Shown here in pieces: positions 45,942 to 55,196 of a stretch of DNA of 64,000 bases. The DNA is taken from assembly GCA_002478265.1 (NCBI GenBank), contig DLNC01000012.1, positions 114,074 through 178,073 of the forward strand. Reading direction: 5' to 3'. The position numbers and the translations under genes are program-made. The notes under the pieces are model-generated. The model had not been told where the DNA came from. It searched no databases and saw only the letters and a program-made list of their open reading frames with translations. Source of the DNA: Syntrophaceae bacterium UBA7520 (GTDB lineage: Bacteria > Desulfobacterota > Syntrophia > Syntrophales > Smithellaceae). Position 1 is the first letter of the stretch. The number at the start of each line of letters is the position of its first letter.

Positions 45942-46898
45942 TTATTTTTTCCCGGGTGAAAAATATTTTCGGAAAAATCCGGTAATCAGTTGCCCCGGCG
46001 AAGGAACAGCCCGGTCTTCGCGCAGCGCTGTTTTTATGCTTTTAACATATTCCCGACAAGCGTTTTCCCCTTTTTTGACCAGATCACCGCTGCGCGCGAA
46101 GTCGGCCCAGTGAAGATCGCCCACCTCAGGCCGGATTACAATATCCGCGCCCGCCAGCTCCGCCTCCTCCAATCTGTTGGAAGTAATTTCACCCGCGCGA
46201 TAAATTATTTCCGTTGCCGTATCCACATCCGCGTCTGTCGCCTTAGGCAACGAGCGGCCGACCATCACGGCAATAACGATATCCGCGCCCAGTTCACGCG
46301 CCGCCCTGACAGGGACACTGCTGGTAATACCGCCGTCCGCCAGAAGCTTGTCGCCCTTGCGCACCGGTTCCACCGCTCCGGGGACGGAAGAGCTGGCCAG
46401 CACCGCTTCGCGCAGCGAGCCTTCGGAAAGAATAACCTCCTTGCCGGTAATCAAATCCGTGGCCACGGCGTAAAAAGGAACACGCGTGTCGCGTATATCG
46501 ATATCGGGCAGCAGATAATTTATCAGTGATTTAAAATCCTCGCCAGGAAGCAACGAGGGCCGGAAAAAAGCACGCATCAGATAATAGCGATTCAAAAGAT
46601 AGGACTGAGCTTTCTGCAGGGAAGATTTTGGCGCGGGTGAAAACGAAAGACCAATAGCCTTAAGTGAAGATTTGTCAAATTCCGGGCTTTGCAGATAGAT
46701 ATCGATCTTTGTCTTTATTTCTTTCGGCGACTGACCGCTCGCGTAGGCACCGCCGATTAGCGAACCGGCGCTTGTTCCCACAATCAGGTCTACCCTGACG
46801 CCTTCCTGCTCCAGAATATCCAACACGCCGATATGGGAAAGACCGCGCACACCGCCACCGCCCAACGCCAGACCGACTTTTTTACCCGTCCATTTCAT
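45942..46898 (-). CDS. patatin-like phospholipase
   Basis: 318 aa. GGGGVRG, GTSAGS (GxSxG) and DGG motifs. Confidence 0.85.
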   Translation of the reverse strand: MKWTGKKVGLALGGGGVRGLSHIGVLDILEQEGVRVDLIVGTSAGSLIGGAYASGQSPKEIKTKIDIYLQSPEFDKSSLKAIGLSFSPAPKSSLQKAQSYLLNRYYLMRAFFRPSLLPGEDFKSLINYLLPDIDIRDTRVPFYAVATDLITGKEVILSEGSLREAVLASSSVPGAVEPVRKGDKLLADGGITSSVPVRAARELGADIVIAVMVGRSLPKATDADVDTATEIIYRAGEITSNRLEEAELAGADIVIRPEVGDLHWADFARSGDLVKKGENACREYVKSIKTALREDRAVPSPGQLITGFFRKYFSPGKK

Positions 46899-46965
46899 TA
46901 TCTCTTGCCGTTATTACAAATTAAGCGATAACCGTGACATAAATATTCGCGGCTATGCTTTACTT

Positions 46966-47601
46966 TTATGTGTCTTCCCTCGGAGAAATCTTTTTGCCGA
47001 ATTTTTCAATCTCTTTGCCCGCGTCCTGTATGCCTCTGCCCACTTCCTCGGTAATCAGCCGGCCTTTTCTTTTCAGTTTCAGGACAATCTCCTCGGACTT
47101 TTGCATGACCTTTTTCGTGCTTTCTTCCGCTTTTTGACCCGCCCAAGCCAACCCTCTTTCCAGATTCTTGTTGGCCGCGTCAAGCGCCTCGCCTGCCGTT
47201 GCCCTTTCCCGTTTCGCCCAGGATTCCGTCGATTTGATATGCGACTCCAAAGCCAGCGCGTGATAGACGCGCGCGAAGGTGTCTTCAATTCTCTTTACCG
47301 ATTTTACCGTGCCCTTTTTCACGTCATCCGCCAGTTTATCCAGTTCCCGCGCCGAGTCCTCCAGCTCCCCCTTGCCCCGGGAAGAGGCTTTAGCCGCTTT
47401 TTCTTTTATGTATATCGCGCCTCTTTTGATTTGCTCAGAGGCGGAATTAATATTATTGTCGAGATAATCTTTTTTTGCTTTCTGAAAAGTCTGTTCAATA
47501 AGCGAAGGGGTTTCATCAACGGAGACGGAAACATGCGGAATAATCATTATCGTAAAAAAAGCAAAAACAAAAACCGGAAAAACACGACTCAAGCGACTCA
47601 T
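46966..47601 (-). CDS. secreted helical-repeat protein, unknown function
   Basis: 211 aa. Signal peptide, then Lys/Glu/Ala-rich predicted helices. No recognisable catalytic motif. Confidence 0.45.
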   Translation of the reverse strand: MSRLSRVFPVFVFAFFTIMIIPHVSVSVDETPSLIEQTFQKAKKDYLDNNINSASEQIKRGAIYIKEKAAKASSRGKGELEDSARELDKLADDVKKGTVKSVKRIEDTFARVYHALALESHIKSTESWAKRERATAGEALDAANKNLERGLAWAGQKAEESTKKVMQKSEEIVLKLKRKGRLITEEVGRGIQDAGKEIEKFGKKISPREDT

Positions 47602-47666
47602 TATTTCCTCCTTTCCTTAAATTTTGTTTATGTTCTTACTATGTTTTACCGACATTTTTTCAGCCG

Positions 47667-49448
47667 CTATATCAGCGGGCCTGGATTTTCATTGAGAAGA
47701 ATCTTTTTAATGCGATACAGGCACGGAGCGTCTTTTTTGAAGATTATTTTTACCGCTTCGTCGATTCTCTGTTTGCTGATATCCGAAATGCGCAGATTGG
47801 TTTCGATGCGGTTTAATCCCTGGCGCAGCGTTCTTGCCTCCAGCGGGTTATCATCGTAACTCAGCGGCGTGACGTCAACTATGCTTTCATCCACTTTGTC
47901 GAAGGTTATGTGCCAGAAAGTCAATTTATCTTTGATATCTATATTGTCCTTCAGAAATTCACTGATGCCGATTTGTCGGTTGCTCTTCAATAAGGCGTCA
48001 AAACTGTCCATAAAGTTCATATCGAGATAATGACTGAAGGTGCTCCGGGGCTCAGGATTTTTGCTGCTCTTGCCGGCGGGCTCGACAAAGGCGTCCACGA
48101 GAATGACGATAACATGCTTATATTTGCCGCGGTTTTCTTTCAGCACACGGGACAAACTGCGCAGACCAAGATTGTCGGCGTTGCCGCCATCGAATACATG
48201 GCGGTATCTCTCATCATTTTCATCAGAAAAATCACGCAACGTAACATAACTAAACACCGCCGGAAAAGCCGCGGAAGCCATAACGCCCCGCGCCACATGA
48301 AACTGATAAATGTCGGAATTCAGATGTTCGGTAAAATCTTCATCCGTAAAGGTAAAAACGGAACCGAACTGCATTTTCGGCGCTCCTTCCTTTGCTTCCC
48401 TGTTGGGATTTTCATAGTATTCCGTGCCGTCTGTGGCGTTGATAATCAGGTACGGGCGTTCAGGATTCAGATCGCCGAATTTCAGCGGAACGCCCAGGTT
48501 TTTTGTGTCAAAAAGATTATCCTCCAGGGTCTGCGCCATAATGTCGGTACGGTCATAGGCGGTCAGCCAGTAACGTGCGATATTGCCCGGCCAGAACCAG
48601 CTGGCAAACCATCTGTTCAAATAATTACGCGACATTAAATCTTCGACGTGCGCGCGGCGAAATTGGAGATTCAGGTCAAACAGACCCCTTGTCCGTCTTT
48701 CATGCCACTCCTGCCGACTTATCCAAATGCGGTTGGAGCTTACCTTGGCCTGAGAAAGATGAAAAAGTTTTTCCATATAGGCGTATTCTTTGGCGGAACA
48801 GTCGCTTATCGCTCTGCGCAGCGCCTTATGCGCCATTCTTTTTTCTTCTTCCGTCATCTTGCCGACAACGATTTGCTGCCTTTTCCCTTTTTTATAGCAG
48901 GTTATATTGTACTGGTCATTGAACGCGGCGCAGTCCAGTTTGCAGCGGGGAACGGGTATCACAAATTCCGGATCTTCGGTAACGGCGTAATAGGCGCCCG
49001 CGAGCGAGCCGCCGGAGACGGAAGAAATGACATCAACTTCCTTAAGAATATCCAGGTCAGGATCATGCTGCAGTGTGGTCATGACCCGCGCGGCTAAATA
49101 AGCCGCACGGCTGCCGCCGCCGGATAAGGCCAGCATAACCAGCACATCCTGGTTGCCGCGGTCATCATCTATTTTAAAAGAGGCGTGGCGCGCCGGGCCG
49201 AAAGCGCCGGGTGATTGCATCATCACCAATGCCGTTTTCGGATGATTCCAGTAGGCATACTGCGTGGAGCAGCCGGAAACTATTATCAGCAGACAAAAAA
49301 CAAGGAGAAAAATAACCACACCCTGATGGCTGATCTGCGCAGTCCGATTATTATTTTTTAAAATTATAAATAGGTCTTTGACTATTTCTCTTTCCAGCGC
49401 TTTCCTCATGCGACGGCCTCTTTGCTTGCAAGTTTGCGTATTATACAC
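47667..49448 (-). CDS. patatin-like phospholipase, probable lipoprotein/membrane-anchored
   Basis: 593 aa. Hydrophobic N-terminus ending in the lipobox-like IVSGC, then SGGGSRAA, SSVSGGS (GxSxG) and DGG motifs. The exact start is uncertain. Confidence 0.75.
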   Translation of the reverse strand: MYNTQTCKQRGRRMRKALEREIVKDLFIILKNNNRTAQISHQGVVIFLLVFCLLIIVSGCSTQYAYWNHPKTALVMMQSPGAFGPARHASFKIDDDRGNQDVLVMLALSGGGSRAAYLAARVMTTLQHDPDLDILKEVDVISSVSGGSLAGAYYAVTEDPEFVIPVPRCKLDCAAFNDQYNITCYKKGKRQQIVVGKMTEEEKRMAHKALRRAISDCSAKEYAYMEKLFHLSQAKVSSNRIWISRQEWHERRTRGLFDLNLQFRRAHVEDLMSRNYLNRWFASWFWPGNIARYWLTAYDRTDIMAQTLEDNLFDTKNLGVPLKFGDLNPERPYLIINATDGTEYYENPNREAKEGAPKMQFGSVFTFTDEDFTEHLNSDIYQFHVARGVMASAAFPAVFSYVTLRDFSDENDERYRHVFDGGNADNLGLRSLSRVLKENRGKYKHVIVILVDAFVEPAGKSSKNPEPRSTFSHYLDMNFMDSFDALLKSNRQIGISEFLKDNIDIKDKLTFWHITFDKVDESIVDVTPLSYDDNPLEARTLRQGLNRIETNLRISDISKQRIDEAVKIIFKKDAPCLYRIKKILLNENPGPLI

Positions 49449-49461
49449 TTTGATAATTATT

Positions 49462-50211
49462 TCAGCGAGTTTGTTTTACCGGCGCGCCACTTTTTTCTTC
49501 GCGCCGCAGCCACTTTTGGGCCGGCTCGTAATTCTGCCGAGCGGCCTCGGCCATCCACTTCCTGCCCTGGATATTGTCCTTGGCGACGCCACGCCCGGTG
49601 AAATACATTTCCGCCAGCCAGTACTGTCCTTCGGCATCGCCAGATTCCGCGGCTCTTTTATACCATTGAAACGCCTGCGCGTTATCCTGCGCCACACCCA
49701 CGCCCAGCGCGTAGTGATTGCCCAGCAGTGTCATCGCGTTGGCGACATTTCGTTTAGTGGCGATCTGCGCCCAATTGAACGAACGGTAATAATCTTTCTT
49801 TTCAAAAAACATTCGGGCGATGGTGATCTGCGCCTGCGGGTAACCGTTTTCCGCGGAAGTCTGCAGCCAGTCAAACGCTTTATCTTCGTCCTTGGTCAAA
49901 CCTCCCTTGCCGTATTGATACGCGTCATAGAGGATGAATTGCGCAACCGCGTGATCTCTTTTGGCCGTGCGCTGCGCCAGAGCCACAGCCTTCTTTTCAT
50001 CCTTAGGCACACCCAAGCCGTCGTAATACATCGCCGCCAGACCGGTTTGCGCGGCGGCGTCATTCTTGGCGGCCAACGGCTCAAAAATCATCAATGCGGT
50101 TTTATAATCCCCGTTTCTCAGGGCATGATATCCTTCATCCACATTTTGCGCCCACAGATTTACCGCAAAAACTAAAATAACAGTGCTGGATAGAATAAAG
50201 CGTTTTAACAT
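49462..50211 (-). CDS. secreted Sel1-like repeat (SLR/TPR-like) protein
   Basis: Start set at ATG 50211 (MLKRFILSSTVILVFAVNLWAQ, a signal peptide). About 5 repeats of A...G...A...Y..G.GV..D...A..W. It ends 13 nt before the patatin gene. Confidence 0.85.
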   Translation of the reverse strand: MLKRFILSSTVILVFAVNLWAQNVDEGYHALRNGDYKTALMIFEPLAAKNDAAAQTGLAAMYYDGLGVPKDEKKAVALAQRTAKRDHAVAQFILYDAYQYGKGGLTKDEDKAFDWLQTSAENGYPQAQITIARMFFEKKDYYRSFNWAQIATKRNVANAMTLLGNHYALGVGVAQDNAQAFQWYKRAAESGDAEGQYWLAEMYFTGRGVAKDNIQGRKWMAEAARQNYEPAQKWLRREEKSGAPVKQTR

Positions 50212-50216
50212 AGCCG

Positions 50217-50621
50217 TCACCTCTTTTTTAATTTAGCAATTTCAGCGAGAAGTTTTGTGCGGTCAAAGTAAACTTCGTTGCGGCGGATTTTCCCCGCGTC
50301 ATCCAGTTGCACCAGACACACGCCGACGATTTCCAACATGACCGAACCGACAGGAATTTCCGCGCGCCATTTATTAAGAAATCCGTCCTCCAGAGGAATG
50401 CCTTCTATCTGCGACCAGATCCAGTCAGGGTTGTTCGCCAGAAGCTTGCGGAAATATGCCAGCAGATTTGCTTTCCCTTTAACGCCGTCAGGAATGCCGG
50501 GGTCAAGATAAAAGGCGTCTTCCGCGTAGAAGCTTGCCAGCAATTCCGGATTGTTTCCCGTCCAAGCCGTCAGCCACTTTTCGGCAAATTGTCTGGCTTG
50601 GATTGTCGTATAATATTTCAT
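50217..50621 (-). CDS. SnoaL/NTF2-like fold protein
   Basis: Start at ATG 50621 (MKYYTTIQARQFAEKWLTAWTGNNPELLASFYAEDAFYLDP). About 134 aa, typical SnoaL-like length and N-terminus. Confidence 0.55.
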   Translation of the reverse strand: MKYYTTIQARQFAEKWLTAWTGNNPELLASFYAEDAFYLDPGIPDGVKGKANLLAYFRKLLANNPDWIWSQIEGIPLEDGFLNKWRAEIPVGSVMLEIVGVCLVQLDDAGKIRRNEVYFDRTKLLAEIAKLKKR

Positions 50622-50679
50622 TTCTATCTGCCTCTTTTTCCTTCCAAACAATCAATCTGAGAGTTGCCTCAACGGCACT

Positions 50680-51009
50680 TTAGAAGCTTGATGCCGACAC
50701 AGCGACAACGTAAACCGTCCCGCACGCGCCGGGAACACCAGCGGGGCAGGCCTTTGGCGTATAACCAATACCGAGGTTGGCTTTTTTAAAAAAGGCGTGC
50801 ACTAAAACGTCCCGATATTCTCCCGTGGCGTAGAGTCTCAGATCTTTAGATTTGATAAAAAAATAAAAGTCGTTGCCTCTAACTTGAACAGAATCAAGTT
50901 TCCCCTGGTATGAATCTGCGCTTACCGGTATGGTAACTACTGCGTTGAGGCTTAACGCTACGACTGCCATAAGGAATATTTTCTTCGCCCTTGTTGACAT
51001 TGTGCCCAC
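50680..51009 (-). CDS. small secreted protein, unknown function
   Basis: 109 aa. Signal peptide (KKIFLMAVVALSLNAVVTIPVSA). No recognisable domain. Confidence 0.45.
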   Translation of the reverse strand: MGTMSTRAKKIFLMAVVALSLNAVVTIPVSADSYQGKLDSVQVRGNDFYFFIKSKDLRLYATGEYRDVLVHAFFKKANLGIGYTPKACPAGVPGACGTVYVVAVSASSF

Positions 51010-51069
51010 CTCCTCAGATTATTTTTGACTTTCCTTTTCTTTCTGCTTTGTTATTTACGAGTTCTGCTT

Positions 51070-51522
51070 TTACTGTTTTCGTTTATGCGCGGCGCGGTAC
51101 TGAAGAAATCCCCTATGCGGCGGTTCTACATCCATCTGCCACAGAAGCGCCAGAAGCTCGCCACGATGATGCGTTTCTTCCTGAAAAAAATCCAGGAGCA
51201 ATGTTTCGCTCTTTTCCAGTTGTTCCGGTGTCATCTTTGCCAGATTGGCACCGGCGCGGATCTCCACATCGTCCATATACCTTTTGATTTTTTCGATACT
51301 GTCGTATTCTTCTAGTTTTACCTCAGGATAATTTTTATTTCCCTGCAGGGCGTAATTTATATAGGCGTCCGTCACAAAAATCATGTGCAGAAAAATGTCT
51401 TTGAGTGATGGAAAGCTCGCGCCGCGGCCTTTGATAACTTCCGTCCACGGCAGTCTGCTTAAAGTTTGGAAATATCTATGCCTTAAATCTTGACTGTAAT
51501 CCAATAGCTGCAAAATTTTCAT
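51070..51522 (-). CDS. DinB-family metal-binding four-helix protein
   Basis: 150 aa. His triad context (FLHM..., ETHHRGEL) typical of DinB_2. Confidence 0.7.
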   Translation of the reverse strand: MKILQLLDYSQDLRHRYFQTLSRLPWTEVIKGRGASFPSLKDIFLHMIFVTDAYINYALQGNKNYPEVKLEEYDSIEKIKRYMDDVEIRAGANLAKMTPEQLEKSETLLLDFFQEETHHRGELLALLWQMDVEPPHRGFLQYRAAHKRKQ

Positions 51523-51825
51523 CTTGTTCTCCCCCTCTTGAAATTCGGCTTATTAAATCAAACAAATCAATGCCCGCGGCTACTTTTACGGTTTAAAGCA
51601 AATATTTCAGGCTTGACTCAACCGCTTCCGATAAAAATTTCCTTACCTTATGAGAATAGCATATTTTCAATACCACATTGTTTGTTAATATGACAAACAC
51701 TTCCCATACCTTAAAGAAACTTAAAAATACTCCTTAACCTTAAAAGTATGCCCTTCTTTTTTTACCCGCCCAGGAAATATGGTTGGTCGTCCTTATCATG
51801 ACTGATTCTTTTTGCTTGAATTTTC

Positions 51826-51854
51826 TTGACTTACAATCTTGATTTTCTTATAGT
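51826..51854 (+). promoter_or_regulatory. sigma-70 promoter of the diguanylate cyclase gene
   Basis: TTGACT, a 17-nt spacer, then TATAGT. Confidence 0.6.
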
Positions 51855-51896
51855 TTAACTTATAAGCAAATAAAAGCAATAAGCGGACGCAGGAAC

Positions 51897-53603
51897 ATGT
51901 GGATTACGGCACGTAGGTTTATTTTTTTACAACTGTTCTTTCTCGTCCTTTCTTTCAATACCGCGCACGCGGCAAGCCCCCCGCCTCTTATCCTAAAAGA
52001 CAAATCCTCCTATGACTTATCCGGCCATCTGGAAAAGCTCATCGATCCAACCCATAAGCTTTCGGTGGAACAAGCCGCCGGGCACAGTGACTGGTCCGGG
52101 CCGCTTCATGGAAGAGTTCTCAATTTCGGATTGATGAAAGATTCTTTATGGCTGCGTTTTTCCCTGGAGAACAGGGACGATAGACCGCGAAAATTCTTTG
52201 TTTCCTTCGAATACCCCGTGATAAATGCCATCACCTTCTACTCAAAAAAGCACGGCGGCGACTTTCAGGAAGACCGCACGGGAAGCATTGTTCCGGCATC
52301 AGAGCGCGTGGTGCCTGACCGGCACTTTCTCTTTCCCCTTTCCCTGGAATCAGGTGAAACCGCCGCGGTTTATATGCGCTTACGTTCTTCATCGGGGATG
52401 ACTATTCCCATCCGGATTTTATCGGAGCAGGCAGTAACCCAAAAAGCAATCCGCGACTACACAATATACGGAGCCCTCTTCGGATTTCTGGCACTAATTC
52501 TGGTGTATTTCATAACCGCGGGATCCCTTATCCGCCAAGGAATCAGCCTTTGGCTGGCGCTGTACAGCACTTTTTTCGGTCTACACACCGCCATGCGGGC
52601 CGGCTTCATCCGTCTTTACATGCCTGACGAGTTTCTGGCTTTCATTCCCCTGCTGCAAGTATTGTTTATCGGCGGACTTTTTTTCACGGGAGCCAAATTC
52701 TTCCGCCTGTTTCTTTCCCTCAAGGAACACGCTAAGGTTTTAGATAAAATCATGGCCGGCTTTCAGTACCTGAGCCTTCTTTTTGTCGCGCTTGTTTTGC
52801 TTCCCAACCCGCTTTTAACTTTTGTTTCCCTGGTGCTGTTTGTCATCAATCCATTTTTTTCCATCTGTCTTGCCTTTTACTTCTGGCACAAGGGAATAGC
52901 GAATTCCGGCTATTTCGCCATGGGATGGTTTACCGCGCACGCTGTTTCCGTTTACGACTTTTTCCGTATTAACGGAATAATTTCATATCCCTTCTACAAT
53001 GAATGGCTGATTCCCCTTTCCCTGTTCTTTACTCTTGCCTTTTTATCCATCGCGCTTATCAAACAAAATGCCGCCTACCATGTCATGGCGGGAACCGACC
53101 CCCTAACAGGTTTGGCCAACAGGAGAAGGTTTGATGAAATTCTCCATACCGAATGGAACCGCTGCCTCAGGTATGGCAGGCCCCTCTCTCTGATTTTGGC
53201 CGATGTGGATCGCTTTAAAAAATACAATGATACATTTGGCCATCGAGCGGGCGACGCGTTGCTTTGCCGTATTGCCGAAATTTTAAAAAATTACACGCGT
53301 CGTCCCGGCGAGCTGGCGGTGCGCTACGGTGGAGAAGAATTTATTCTGATTCTCCCCAACATTGATTCTGAGCACGCCTTCCACGTGGCCGAGGCAATCA
53401 GAGAATCCGTGGCCGCTTTTTCTCAGGAGGAAAATGGTCAGCAGACAAACTGGCATGTAACCATCAGCATGGGAGTTTCTACCGCAATACCGCAAAAAGA
53501 AGAAAACCCGGAGAAGCTTGTCCTGGAAGCGGACAAGGCTCTTTACGAGGCAAAACACGCCGGCAGAAATCGGACTATAGTTGGCTCTACACCCAAGGCC
53601 TGA
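51897..53603 (+). CDS. 7TMR-DISM receptor diguanylate cyclase (GGDEF)
   Basis: 568 aa. Signal peptide plus an extracellular DISMED2-like domain, 7 TM helices, then a GGDEF domain with RYGGEEF and DPLTGLANRR. Confidence 0.9.
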   Translation: MWITARRFIFLQLFFLVLSFNTAHAASPPPLILKDKSSYDLSGHLEKLIDPTHKLSVEQAAGHSDWSGPLHGRVLNFGLMKDSLWLRFSLENRDDRPRKFFVSFEYPVINAITFYSKKHGGDFQEDRTGSIVPASERVVPDRHFLFPLSLESGETAAVYMRLRSSSGMTIPIRILSEQAVTQKAIRDYTIYGALFGFLALILVYFITAGSLIRQGISLWLALYSTFFGLHTAMRAGFIRLYMPDEFLAFIPLLQVLFIGGLFFTGAKFFRLFLSLKEHAKVLDKIMAGFQYLSLLFVALVLLPNPLLTFVSLVLFVINPFFSICLAFYFWHKGIANSGYFAMGWFTAHAVSVYDFFRINGIISYPFYNEWLIPLSLFFTLAFLSIALIKQNAAYHVMAGTDPLTGLANRRRFDEILHTEWNRCLRYGRPLSLILADVDRFKKYNDTFGHRAGDALLCRIAEILKNYTRRPGELAVRYGGEEFILILPNIDSEHAFHVAEAIRESVAAFSQEENGQQTNWHVTISMGVSTAIPQKEENPEKLVLEADKALYEAKHAGRNRTIVGSTPKA

Positions 53604-53644
53604 CTCGCCAGACGCTGAAGGAGAGAGTTTCCAGCTCTCCGCTC

Positions 53645-53676
53645 TTCATATCAGCGCTTCCTGCCATTGGGCGGAG
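53645..53676. repeat. left copy of a perfect 32-nt direct repeat (TTCATATCAGCGCTTCCTGCCATTGGGCGGAG)
   Basis: Identical letter for letter to 56204..56235. On the minus strand it encodes SAQWQEALI-stop, a detached copy of the 3' end of the lipoprotein gene at 56205..56657. Confidence 0.9.
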
Positions 53677-53709
53677 ATACTTATTTAGGCGATTTATTAT
53701 TGGGATTAA

Positions 53710-53740
53710 AAGCCCGATGATGAATTTCATCATCGGGCTT
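53710..53740 (-). terminator. hairpin terminator downstream of the Cys-rich protein gene
   Basis: AAGCCCGATGATGA - ATT - TCATCATCGGGCTT, a perfect 14-bp stem. On the minus strand it is followed by TTAATC, a modest T tract. Confidence 0.55.
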
Positions 53741-53759
53741 ATGCAAATCTTAACACAAA

Positions 53760-54101
53760 TTACCGAAAAGCGGATGAAACTTTTGCAAGGCAGCAATTAC
53801 CGCGACAGACAATCACTCCATAAGAAGTCCTTTCACAAACACAGCAAGTCGCTTTTTGCCCCTGTTCCGAATTTACCTGATTTGCGACCTTATCGCAATC
53901 CTTACCTGTCAGCTTATAAACAGTTTTCCCCTCTTTATCCTTTTCTTCGGTCATTTTGCAATCTAGCTTTGATTTTACTTGACCTGCCGTAGTTTGTTTG
54001 TTTAATTTATTTTCCGACGCGGCAGTTACCAATACGCCGGAAAAATAAACTGAAGCCAACAAAATAACCATGCCCATTAATAAAACCTTTAAAATTTTCA
54101 T
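53760..54101 (-). CDS. small secreted Cys-rich protein (paralogue of 10637..11002)
   Basis: 113 aa. Signal peptide, then KEGKTVYKLTGKDC and CCVC...VCRGNCC blocks shared with the 10.6-kb copy. Confidence 0.6.
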   Translation of the reverse strand: MKILKVLLMGMVILLASVYFSGVLVTAASENKLNKQTTAGQVKSKLDCKMTEEKDKEGKTVYKLTGKDCDKVANQVNSEQGQKATCCVCERTSYGVIVCRGNCCLAKVSSAFR

Positions 54102-54222
54102 ACTCCTTCTCCTTTCCTTTTTATTTGCTGCTTTTTCTCCGCAAAGCGTTTACCTTTGCAAAGAAATTAATTGAATATCTACATTCTGATATTAATATTT
54201 CCTCTTTGCATTAATCCGGCTT

Positions 54223-55152
54223 TCATAAATTGCTGACGTTTCTGGAATTTTCTGTTTGCCGATTGTTTAAATCCTTTAGCGCGTCCATGGCTTTTTTCCA
54301 TAGGTCTTCTGCATCAGCATGTTGGCTGCAAAATTCTGCAAGGGTATCGCACTGGATCTGGCACAAGTACAAACGCCTTTTTTGATTCGCATTCTCTATG
54401 GTCCCTTCAGCCGCCGTGACCAAGTTTACTCTCTGGCAACATTCAGCGCATTTTTTATAATCACACGACCCACAGGCAACGCTTACTGAAAAATTTGTAT
54501 TGCGCGCGCCTTGCTGCGCTTTAAGTGCTTCATTCATCCCCCCAAAGCGGGAAATTTCATTATCAAGTTCTGAGCTCGCTCTCTTCAAACACTGCTTACT
54601 TTCAGCCGGAATAAGCCCCTGGGCAGACAGTTTACGGATATCAGCGCCCACTGCGGCAATTGACTGCCTCAAACTCTCCAGATCCTTGAAAATATTATCT
54701 TTAAGCCGACGTGAAGCGCTTACACTTTTTTGCAAACGCCGAACTTCAGGACTTTGGTCTTGCACTTGTTCGCGGGTAATCCGCCCTTCGATTTGATTTT
54801 GCGATGTCTTTGACGCAGTGCCCGCAATAGCGCCACGCGTGGAAAGCTGTTCCGATTGAATCTGTTTAAACTGATGTTGCGTTTTTAGGAACACTTCATT
54901 TATCTCATTATCCATTTTAAGATATTCGCTGAAAGATCGGTTAAGCGAAGCCATTTTCCCTTTAAGACCATTGTAATCTTCACAAATATGCACGGACAAC
55001 GAGGAAACATTTGCCTGTTGCTTTTTCACAGTCGATGCCTCGGTAAAGTTTGGCTGAATTTTTTGCGCCTCCCGGAACTCCTGTGCCGGAGAATAATGAG
55101 GGCTAAATAAAAACCCGACAAAGCAGATAAAAATGATAATATATTTTTTCAT
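54223..55152 (-). CDS. secreted coiled-coil protein with Cys-rich C-terminal region
   Basis: 309 aa. Signal peptide, long Q/E/K/S-rich helical region, then CGSCDYKKCAECC...LCQIQCDTLAEFC. Confidence 0.5.
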   Translation of the reverse strand: MKKYIIIFICFVGFLFSPHYSPAQEFREAQKIQPNFTEASTVKKQQANVSSLSVHICEDYNGLKGKMASLNRSFSEYLKMDNEINEVFLKTQHQFKQIQSEQLSTRGAIAGTASKTSQNQIEGRITREQVQDQSPEVRRLQKSVSASRRLKDNIFKDLESLRQSIAAVGADIRKLSAQGLIPAESKQCLKRASSELDNEISRFGGMNEALKAQQGARNTNFSVSVACGSCDYKKCAECCQRVNLVTAAEGTIENANQKRRLYLCQIQCDTLAEFCSQHADAEDLWKKAMDALKDLNNRQTENSRNVSNL

Positions 55153-55196
55153 AATACCCCCTAATATAAATGTCGGTTGATTCTTAAAGTTTTAAA

